Made by a program: the position numbers and the translations under genes. A stretch of DNA of 35,662 nt, from IMG/VR virus record IMGVR_UViG_3300020050_008348, one strand, 5' to 3'. Positions 18,747 to 27,134 of this stretch are shown in pieces. Each line of letters starts with the position of its first letter. The stretch's first letter is position 1. Source of the DNA: an uncultured virus (IMG/VR IMGVR_UViG_3300020050_008348) (Duplodnaviria > Heunggongvirae > Uroviricota > Caudoviricetes). The notes below the pieces were generated by a model. The model worked only from the letters and a program-made list of their open reading frames with translations. It had not been told where the DNA came from and made no database searches.

Positions 18747-18774
18747 TAGCAATAACTATGTAAAATATATAACG

Positions 18775-19449
18775 ATGAAAGAGCAATTAAGAGAATTATT
18801 TAGTGATTTAGAGTTTCGTAATGATGATGATGAACATGAATATTATTTAGATAATAGATTACAACGAGGTGTAACAACTACTATTAAAAATTTGTATGTT
18901 AAACCTTTTCCTTATGAAGTTGCTAAATATTCTGGTGCTAAAAGAGGGTTAACTGAAAGTGAAGAATTGTTTAGATGGAAAGAAGCTGGTAGAATTGCTT
19001 GTGAAAAAGGTCATAAAGTACATTCAATAATTGAGAATGAGATAATTGAAGAAGATATTAAATCATTCAACATTGATAATCTATTAGCTGAATATAATTG
19101 TGTACCTGTTATACCAGAGTTAAGTGTTTACAGTAGAATATATAGATATGCTGGTACATTTGACTTATTAGTATTTAATAATACTACACGAGAATATGAA
19201 ATTTGGGATTGGAAAACTAATAAAGATATTTATAAGAATTTTAAATATCAAGAGTTACTAAGTCCATTTGAAGGATATTTAGATATGCCTTTAAATCATT
19301 ACAAAATACAATTAGCTATGTATGCTATATGCTTAATTGAAAAAGGTATTCCTATTAGAATTGGTAGAATTGTATGGATTACTAATAATGAAGTAATCAG
19401 TTATGAAGTACAACCTTTTATTGATAAATTGAAATTGACGTTATTATGA
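18775..19449 (+). CDS. PD-(D/E)xK family nuclease (RecB/Cas4-like exonuclease, no Fe-S Cys cluster)
   Basis: GHKVHSIIE, PELSVY...YAGTFDLL, EIWDWKT and HYKIQLAMYA motifs. ATG at 18775 preferred over the TTG at 18715, which lies in the promoter/terminator. Confidence 0.85.
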   Translation: MKEQLRELFSDLEFRNDDDEHEYYLDNRLQRGVTTTIKNLYVKPFPYEVAKYSGAKRGLTESEELFRWKEAGRIACEKGHKVHSIIENEIIEEDIKSFNIDNLLAEYNCVPVIPELSVYSRIYRYAGTFDLLVFNNTTREYEIWDWKTNKDIYKNFKYQELLSPFEGYLDMPLNHYKIQLAMYAICLIEKGIPIRIGRIVWITNNEVISYEVQPFIDKLKLTLL

Positions 19450-20102
19450 TAAATAGAGAAATTATTAGTCGTATTCGAGAAGAAGCTATTGATAAAGGTG
19501 TACCAAGTGATGATTCACGGTTACGTAATAGATTAGTATTTAATAAAATGCTAACTGTACGTAATGATTTACTTGTTAAAAAAGCTAATAAGAATCAATT
19601 ATTATCAGTTGATAACTATGATACAATTGTAGAAGAACTTGTTGTTGTACCTTCTCCAATAGTGGGAATCACATCTACTTTACATCGTACAAAAAATAAG
19701 ATACCTAATATACTTGTTAAATTAGATAATGCTTTAATTAAGACAGTACAAAATTTAGACCCTAATAATCCTTTTTACTTTACAGCTACTACTTATGAAA
19801 AAGCCCGATATGCTAAATCTGCAAAATATACAGGTAATAACAAGAAATACTTTTTACATCAAGACTATTTGTATTTTGTTAACGTAAATTGCGATTTACA
19901 GAAAGTTAGTATTACTGCTATATTTGATAATATTCTATTTGACAATAAATTATGCAAATCTAATTTAGATTACGACTTTCCATTACAAGGTGATTTAACA
20001 GAAGCTATGATACAAATGTGTCAAGAAGCACTTATTAAAATATTTTATCCAACATTTAGTGACAATGTAAATAACGCAATAGATGGTAGAGAAAAATCGT
20101 AG
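19446..20102 (+). CDS. Tail ring protein (crAss-like tail barrel)
   Basis: 218 aa. SDDSRLRNRL, YFLHQDYLY and DFPLQGDL motifs, plus synteny before the IHF-like and tubular genes. ATGA overlap with the nuclease. Confidence 0.6.
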   Translation: MINREIISRIREEAIDKGVPSDDSRLRNRLVFNKMLTVRNDLLVKKANKNQLLSVDNYDTIVEELVVVPSPIVGITSTLHRTKNKIPNILVKLDNALIKTVQNLDPNNPFYFTATTYEKARYAKSAKYTGNNKKYFLHQDYLYFVNVNCDLQKVSITAIFDNILFDNKLCKSNLDYDFPLQGDLTEAMIQMCQEALIKIFYPTFSDNVNNAIDGREKS

Positions 20103-20625
20103 TGTAGATAGTATGGTTGTATTTTGGGATAAAAGTAAATACTTTAGACCAAAACCGTTAGGACGACAAGGTAATGAAAATTATGTTAAAGCACGTTCAG
20201 AATACAGAGAGCTAATGAATAAGTTTCTAACTAATGTTCAAAACGCTTTACTTGATGGACATACAGTTGTATTACCAGCATATCTTGGTAGATTATCTAT
20301 ACAAGGTGTAGAAATGGGTACATTAAGAGTACATGGTTGGAATACACGTAAAGCACGTGATGAGACAGGTGATGAATCAATAATAATAAGAGTAAAAGAA
20401 TATAACGATAATGTAGAATATAAACTACATTATGAATTTAATGCTGGTTATCAACACACTTATTGGTATAAAGCAGAAACACCTAAATACTTACAGAGAT
20501 TGATTTGGGAACGTTTAAATAATGGTCAATCATATTTTATTAGATATAAAAGAGTAAGAAAACAAAATATCAAAGTACAGGAAGAAGTGATTGTTCCGTA
20601 TGATGAAACAAATGATAAATGGTAA
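20083..20625 (+). CDS. HU/IHF-like DNA-binding protein (divergent)
   Basis: FLTNVQNALLDGHTVVLPAYLGRLSI resembles the HU/IHF ALxxGxxVxLxxFGxF core. crAss-like phages carry IHF-like genes at this position. Confidence 0.6.
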   Translation: MVEKNRSVDSMVVFWDKSKYFRPKPLGRQGNENYVKARSEYRELMNKFLTNVQNALLDGHTVVLPAYLGRLSIQGVEMGTLRVHGWNTRKARDETGDESIIIRVKEYNDNVEYKLHYEFNAGYQHTYWYKAETPKYLQRLIWERLNNGQSYFIRYKRVRKQNIKVQEEVIVPYDETNDKW

Positions 20626-20631
20626 TTTCAA

Positions 20632-21609
20632 ATGAGTAAACAATTAGCATATTTAACTATTGATGGTTTAATGGATAAGCTATCACGTAACATTCCTTCA
20701 ACATTCAAGTTAGAAGAAGATGATGTTATTGAATGGGCTGGTGAAGCACTACAAGGTATTGGTGCTTACAACGAGTTAGTTGATAGAGTTTACTTTTTAC
20801 CAGTTAAGAATTTTAAATGTGCAATACCAGCTCATTCAAAATATATTATTCAAATATCACGTAATAACTTAGTTCAATCTAATAATTACAGACAAAACTT
20901 ATGTGCTATTAATGAAGTACTACAAGAAGAAGCTGTTAATGATGTTGATACACCAGTACTATTAGATTGTAAAGGTGAACCTGTAACTGATTATGATGTA
21001 GCATATTATAGACCATTTTTCTCATTAGATTGGGATTATGGTAAATGGATTTCAAGTAATGCTTTTCGCAGACAATGGTCAACAATTAGACCGTCACAAC
21101 ATTCATTTTTTGATGTTTGTTCTATTGATGATACTTTGTACAATAATTCAACAGATGAATACAAGATAGAAGCACCATTCATAAAATTCTCTTTTCAAGA
21201 AGGTATGATAGCAGTAGCAGTAGCATCTGTTAAATTAGATGAAACAGGTTATCCAATGATACCAGATAATTATAGCTACTATACAGCTATTAATAAGTAC
21301 ATATTATTACGTCTTACTGAAAAAGACTTTTATGCTAACCGAGAAGGTTCAGCACCACGTTATCAAAAAGCAGAACAAGATTGGCAATTTTACTGTCAAC
21401 AAGCATCTAATGAATCTATGATACCTTCAACTATTGATGAACAAGAAACATTACGTACATCAAGAACATACTTATTACCAAGAACTAATTTAGTTAAAAG
21501 TTTCTTTGGTAGTTTGGGTACAGAAGAATATCGTAGTTACTTTAAGAATACGCTCAAATCAAGATATAGTAATGGATATAATCAAGCCGTACAAGGGTAT
21601 AATAACTGA
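20632..21609 (+). CDS. Tail tubular/ring protein 1 (P22 gp4-like adaptor of crAss-like phages)
   Basis: 325 aa. DVIEWAGEAL..IG, LDETGYPMIPD and EQDWQFYCQQA motifs. Directly before the muzzle gene. Confidence 0.7.
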   Translation: MSKQLAYLTIDGLMDKLSRNIPSTFKLEEDDVIEWAGEALQGIGAYNELVDRVYFLPVKNFKCAIPAHSKYIIQISRNNLVQSNNYRQNLCAINEVLQEEAVNDVDTPVLLDCKGEPVTDYDVAYYRPFFSLDWDYGKWISSNAFRRQWSTIRPSQHSFFDVCSIDDTLYNNSTDEYKIEAPFIKFSFQEGMIAVAVASVKLDETGYPMIPDNYSYYTAINKYILLRLTEKDFYANREGSAPRYQKAEQDWQFYCQQASNESMIPSTIDEQETLRTSRTYLLPRTNLVKSFFGSLGTEEYRSYFKNTLKSRYSNGYNQAVQGYNN

Positions 21610-24600
21610 TACACCTTATGACCAACAACCAGAAGGTAGTTATACATACGCTTTAAATACTTGTATTGAAATAGACAAGAGTGGTGATTTATCAGCATGT
21701 CGAGGTAATATAGATACAGTAACATTTCCAATAGGGTTTCATCCTATTGGAAATTGCTATTTTAATTTACTAAATCATACTGAATGTAATATTATATTCT
21801 TAGCTAATAATGATAGTATAGGTAATGGTGAGATTGGTATATTTTATAATGATAGTTATTTAACATTGCTTACAGGAATCCCACTAAATAATATAGCAAG
21901 AGCTGAGTACAGATTACGTAGGGGTTGTGAACACACTTTCTACTATACTGATGGTGTAAATGATGTACGCAGACTTGTTATTGATGATACGTTAAAAGTA
22001 TTATCTAATGATAAACTATTTAGAGATTTTAAAGAACCTAAACTACAAACATCTATATCTAATAATGGTGGTGTAATTACAACAGGTAGCTATGGTTTTG
22101 CATTACAGTATCTTGATGGTGATTTGAATACAAGTAAGTTTAGTGCTATTACTAATTTTGTAAACGTGTGTGCTGCTGATTCTGGTATAGAATACAATAA
22201 ATTATACGGAGACTTCTCTAATAAACCTACAAGTAAATCAATCAGTATTGATATATCTAATCTTGATAACAATTTTGAATTTTATCGTATAGCTATTCTT
22301 AAATGTGGTAGTGGTCAAGGTGTTGTTACAGAAGTATTGTACAGTAATCCAATATCATTTAATCAATCAACATCTGTATTTACATATAGTGGACAAGTTG
22401 ATGGTTTTGTTAATGGTAGTCTCGCCGAGATAAACATAGAACCCATCAACATTGATACTGCTAAATATGTTAAGCAGATAGATAATATGCTTACATTATG
22501 GAATACTACTGATAAAGTCTACAACTACTGCTCTTTTCAACAAGTAGTAAATAAGATTAAAGCATACCCAATCAAACGTTCTGTTGGACAAAATACATTT
22601 ATAGGTAATTCTAAGAATAGTATATACAATAAAGGATTTCTTGCAGGAGAAGTATATGCACTTGGTATAGTATTCACATTTACTAATGGTACTAAATCAC
22701 CTGTATATCATATCAATAATACTCGTGTTAATCCACCAAATCAAGATATTGCTACATGGAGTGAGGATTTATCTCATTTATATACACAAGCTGAGTATAA
22801 TGCTTTGACAGTAAAATTAAAGCAGTTTCAAGTGTACGACACTTCTATTATTATTAGTGGGAAACAATGGTTTAATTACTATGAAACTACTATTGACTAC
22901 CCAGATTCTAAAGGTTGTGATAATAGACGATTGTTTCCAGAAGGTAAAATAACACATCATAGATTTCCAGAAATAGATACTAATAGTATTCCAGAAGCAA
23001 ATACTACTAAACATCAATATGGTATAGTATTTGAAAATATAGAATATCCACATGCTGATATTATAGGACATGAGTTTGTGTATGCTAAACGTACAGATGA
23101 AAATAAGACTATACTTGATAAAGGTATATTACAAGGAATGGGTGAATCGAGAGACTTCATTGGAATGTCGTGGTTAGCACCAGAGAATAATCAAAATACT
23201 AAGTACAATCAATTCATTAGCCCAGAGTTTCTATATAAAAAGAAGTTACCACAAGGAGACTACTTACAAGTAGAGGGTTTATATAATCTTGAAAAGATTA
23301 CAGCTAAAGTTAATGGTGATGATTTTGATAGAGGATATGATGCAACAGGTAGTGACTTTAGTGATTCTGATTATATTATAGAAACACAAGTAATTGAATA
23401 TAGTTATTTTAAACCATTAAACAATAAGTTCAAAATTAAAGAACAACGGTTAATAGATTACTTTTCTAATCAACCGTTAGATAGCAAACAGTTAGTTAAT
23501 TTATCATTAACTAATAGAGGTCTTTGTGTAATTACAGATAAAGTTATTAGTAGTGTAGTAACTAAAAAATACTACGAAGCTCTATATGTATCATATAGAG
23601 TTGTACGTGATGTGTATACAAATCTTTACGACTTAGATTATATCAAATGTCACGAAGGAGTTTACACACTTACCGATAATCAAGAATGTTTTGAAGGTGA
23701 TACGTTTATTACTGAATTAAATTATGAAAATACATTCTTTCGTCAATCATTAAATGGTATATGGAAAGGTATCACTACAATAACAGCTATTGTAGTAGGT
23801 GCTGCAATATCAATATTATCAGCAGGAGCATTAACAGGTGTAGTTGCAGCAGCAGTAATAGCACTAACAACAGCAGCTACTATAATAGGTGCAGCAGTTA
23901 GTGTAGTAGCTCAATCAGTAGCATTGATTATATCACAAACAGCTAATGGTAAATATGACCAATTATTAGAGGATAATGATAATTGGAATAGACTTGATAG
24001 ATTGTTCAATGCAAGAGGTAGTAGTTATGTAGCTTATACATCTGAAATTTTAAGAAATGCAATAGTTGAATCACCTATTAATATAGGATTACGTATTAAC
24101 AGTAGTGGTAATTGTAATAACTTCTATCAATATCAAACTAACTTTGTTGATTATGCTGCTGATAAAATATTATACTTTGATAGTGAAGCAACTAAAGCTG
24201 GATATGTAGCTAAACCTGTACTATGTCCAGAATATTATGGACTTAATTTAGATTATAGTAAGTTGAATGACATTAGAGTATTCAAATCATTACCATTAAC
24301 ATTTTATGCTGATTGTTGTGATATATGTTATAGCTTACATCGTAATAGAGTATATTACTCACAACAGTCTTTTCAAGAAGAACGTGTAGATAACTATACA
24401 TTATTTCTACCTAACAATTATAAAGACTTACCAAGTGAATTTGGTGAAGTAACAGGTGTATTTAGATTTAATAATGGTCTATATTATTTAACACCAAGAA
24501 ACATATTTGTACAACCACAACGCTATCAAGAGAGAGTAACAGGTGAAATTGTATCATTCTTAGGTACTGGTGAATACTTTGCTATTCCATCAAGACAAAT

Positions 24601-25690
24601 TACAAATGATATTAAAGCAAGTGGTGGTACTATACATGAATTAATACAATGTCCACAAGGAATTATCTATGTAGATGCTAATTATGACAATACTGTATGG
24701 TTGTTTGATGGTAAATTACAAGAAATAACAGATGGTAATAAAAGATGGTTTATTAATAACTTGCAATTAGGTGATGATTTAAACATCAATGATTATGATT
24801 TTAATACATCTGGTATTACTATGGGATATGATGATGTATTTAATATGTTATACTTAACAAAGAAAGATTACACATTATTGCCATATTGGAAACAAGAAGT
24901 AGTAAATTGGTTTAATGGTAATATTGGAGATTTTGTAGTAAAAGATAATCGTTATGGATTTAAACGTTCAAGTACAGTTATCGAATATGTAGATATACGT
25001 GATACTAAATACTTTAGAAACAACTCTTGGACATATTCTTATAGCTTTAAAGAGAAAAATTGGATTAGTTTTCATAGCTTTACACCAGATTTTTACTTTA
25101 ACACTAAATCTAACTATTACTCAATTATACAATCAGAAGTTGTTAGAAAACACAATGTAGGTTACAAGATTAATGGAGTAGTTAAACCAATGATTATTGA
25201 GTTTGTATTCAATAAAGATGCAGCTTACAATCAAATACTAAATCATTTGTTCTTTATTGTTGAATCTAAATATAACAAGCAAGTATTTTTTGATAAGTTG
25301 ATAGCTTATAATCAATATCAATCAACAGGAATACTTGAATTAACATTTAACAAACAAGAAGTATTTGATTACTTTAATCAATATACACGTCAACAAGATA
25401 ATAAAATTACAGTAAGTCGTAATGAAAACATTATCTTAGTTAATAGTTTACACAATCATGTTAAACAATACAACCAACAACTTTTTACAACTGATTGGAT
25501 TCCAGAATATATTAGTCAATATCCAATTGATAAAGTTGTAAATAGTATAGTTGTAGATGAAACAGATTGGACAAGAATGGATGAACTTCGTGATAGATAT
25601 ATCATAGTTAGATTAATTTATGATAATAAAGAAGAACAACCATTAACATTAAAATTTATTGGTAACGATAAAACTCTATCAGTACGATGA
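21572..25690 (+). CDS. Tail stabilisation/muzzle protein (P22 gp10-like)
   Basis: About 1372 aa from ATG 21572. KGIITD...YTYALN start, FYYTDGVN, GFLAGEVYALGIVF...KSPVYHI and WTYSYS...WISFHSFTPDFY motifs. Confidence 0.8.
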   Translation: MDIIKPYKGIITDTPYDQQPEGSYTYALNTCIEIDKSGDLSACRGNIDTVTFPIGFHPIGNCYFNLLNHTECNIIFLANNDSIGNGEIGIFYNDSYLTLLTGIPLNNIARAEYRLRRGCEHTFYYTDGVNDVRRLVIDDTLKVLSNDKLFRDFKEPKLQTSISNNGGVITTGSYGFALQYLDGDLNTSKFSAITNFVNVCAADSGIEYNKLYGDFSNKPTSKSISIDISNLDNNFEFYRIAILKCGSGQGVVTEVLYSNPISFNQSTSVFTYSGQVDGFVNGSLAEINIEPINIDTAKYVKQIDNMLTLWNTTDKVYNYCSFQQVVNKIKAYPIKRSVGQNTFIGNSKNSIYNKGFLAGEVYALGIVFTFTNGTKSPVYHINNTRVNPPNQDIATWSEDLSHLYTQAEYNALTVKLKQFQVYDTSIIISGKQWFNYYETTIDYPDSKGCDNRRLFPEGKITHHRFPEIDTNSIPEANTTKHQYGIVFENIEYPHADIIGHEFVYAKRTDENKTILDKGILQGMGESRDFIGMSWLAPENNQNTKYNQFISPEFLYKKKLPQGDYLQVEGLYNLEKITAKVNGDDFDRGYDATGSDFSDSDYIIETQVIEYSYFKPLNNKFKIKEQRLIDYFSNQPLDSKQLVNLSLTNRGLCVITDKVISSVVTKKYYEALYVSYRVVRDVYTNLYDLDYIKCHEGVYTLTDNQECFEGDTFITELNYENTFFRQSLNGIWKGITTITAIVVGAAISILSAGALTGVVAAAVIALTTAATIIGAAVSVVAQSVALIISQTANGKYDQLLEDNDNWNRLDRLFNARGSSYVAYTSEILRNAIVESPINIGLRINSSGNCNNFYQYQTNFVDYAADKILYFDSEATKAGYVAKPVLCPEYYGLNLDYSKLNDIRVFKSLPLTFYADCCDICYSLHRNRVYYSQQSFQEERVDNYTLFLPNNYKDLPSEFGEVTGVFRFNNGLYYLTPRNIFVQPQRYQERVTGEIVSFLGTGEYFAIPSRQITNDIKASGGTIHELIQCPQGIIYVDANYDNTVWLFDGKLQEITDGNKRWFINNLQLGDDLNINDYDFNTSGITMGYDDVFNMLYLTKKDYTLLPYWKQEVVNWFNGNIGDFVVKDNRYGFKRSSTVIEYVDIRDTKYFRNNSWTYSYSFKEKNWISFHSFTPDFYFNTKSNYYSIIQSEVVRKHNVGYKINGVVKPMIIEFVFNKDAAYNQILNHLFFIVESKYNKQVFFDKLIAYNQYQSTGILELTFNKQEVFDYFNQYTRQQDNKITVSRNENIILVNSLHNHVKQYNQQLFTTDWIPEYISQYPIDKVVNSIVVDETDWTRMDELRDRYIIVRLIYDNKEEQPLTLKFIGNDKTLSVR

Positions 25691-27129
25691 AAAAAAGAAT
25701 GAAGTCATACGCGTTTGGCATAGATAGTCTTTTGAAAGATGCACCTGTTGAAGCAGTTGGAGCATTTACTAATTTGATTCCTATTATAGCTGGTGCAATT
25801 AATACAGTTAGTAATGCTAAGAATACTGTACAATATCCTATTACTCAACAGCAACAAATTACATCATTTGCTATGGGTGGTACAGTTGATAGTTCACAAG
25901 TACCAATCAATGTTGAAGGTGGTGAGATAGTAAAAAAACCAGATGGTACACAAATTGAAATGGAAGGTGCTAAACACGAACAAGGTGGTATTGATACACA
26001 AGCACCAGAAGGTACTGTTATATATTCAGATAGACTTAAAGTAGATGGTAAAACATTAGCTGAAAGACAAAAAGCAAGAGCTAAAAAAGAATTGAACTTA
26101 GCTAAGTTACTTGAAGGTGATGAATATGATGCTATTACTAAGAACACTTTAACAAGAGTATCTACGCAGAATAGATTACAAGATGATAAAGATAAGCAGA
26201 TGATGGTATTTGCTAATCAATTGGAAGAACAAGTTGATACTATTAATAAATTTATGAATGGTGGTATGGTTAAGTCTTATGCTAATGGTACACCAGAGTT
26301 AGAAAAATTACCGTTAAGACAATTACCAACAACACTTGAATCAATAGGTATCGGTTTACCTAATGCACCATTCGGTCAAGTAGAATCAACAGGAGATTTT
26401 TCTTCTCTTTTTGATATTCAACCATTACCTATTACTAAAGATAATAGACCAGCACTTCCCACTAATAATAATACTACATCAAGCTCAGATACACCCGATG
26501 AAGATTCATCACTCTTAGGTAATCAAATTGGTACTGCTGGTGCTGCTTTTAGTGCTATCGCACCATTAGCTACTACACTTGCTAATAGAGCAGGAGATAA
26601 AGCTAATACTAACTTCTATAAAACTGTCGGTAATAGAGCATTATCTACACTTGATACAGCAGAAGCTAATGTTAATTCACAACAAGAATTAGCTGAACGT
26701 GAGAATCGTCTGTTAAGTAATACTATGAGTGTTTCTAATCGTAATAATGCTGGTAGTGTTAATACACTTAGAGCTATTGATTCGGCAAGTACAACACAAT
26801 TAGCTGAAAACAATAGTAAAATTGTTGACAACTTCTTACAACAACTTACAGGAATAGCAGGACAGAAAGCTAATGTACAACAACAATCAGATGTACAAAA
26901 TGCACAAGCTGAAACACAACGTGAAACATTTGATAAGCAAGATAGAGATGCTTTTTATACTAACTTAGGTCGTAATCTCAATAACATTGGAACAGTTGCA
27001 CAAACACAAGGTAAAATGTTAAATGAGACACAATCTAATAATGACCAGTTAGATGTAATGAGTCAAATGTCAGCTTATGGTTTAAAGTTCAAAAGAGTTA
27101 ATGGTAAATTAGTACTCGTTAATAAATAA
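25687..27129 (+). CDS. Virion cargo/ejection protein 1
   Basis: 480 aa. INVEGGE...GAKHEQGGI motif and repeated [FY]xxG(G) motifs (SYAFG, SFAMGG, KFMNGG, SYANG). Q/N/A-rich helical C-terminus. Follows the muzzle gene. Confidence 0.65.
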   Translation: MKKRMKSYAFGIDSLLKDAPVEAVGAFTNLIPIIAGAINTVSNAKNTVQYPITQQQQITSFAMGGTVDSSQVPINVEGGEIVKKPDGTQIEMEGAKHEQGGIDTQAPEGTVIYSDRLKVDGKTLAERQKARAKKELNLAKLLEGDEYDAITKNTLTRVSTQNRLQDDKDKQMMVFANQLEEQVDTINKFMNGGMVKSYANGTPELEKLPLRQLPTTLESIGIGLPNAPFGQVESTGDFSSLFDIQPLPITKDNRPALPTNNNTTSSSDTPDEDSSLLGNQIGTAGAAFSAIAPLATTLANRAGDKANTNFYKTVGNRALSTLDTAEANVNSQQELAERENRLLSNTMSVSNRNNAGSVNTLRAIDSASTTQLAENNSKIVDNFLQQLTGIAGQKANVQQQSDVQNAQAETQRETFDKQDRDAFYTNLGRNLNNIGTVAQTQGKMLNETQSNNDQLDVMSQMSAYGLKFKRVNGKLVLVNK

Positions 27130-27134
27130 GAAAC

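Noticed and set aside
18715..18774. Lipoprotein-like extension MVIVLFLFYLC on the nuclease
   Set aside because: It comes from the T-rich terminator/promoter sequence and begins upstream of the predicted transcription start. ATG 18775 is preferred.
21506..21571. Upstream TTG start for the muzzle gene
   Set aside because: It gives a 104-nt overlap with the previous gene. The family-like N-terminus (KGIITD) begins just after ATG 21572.
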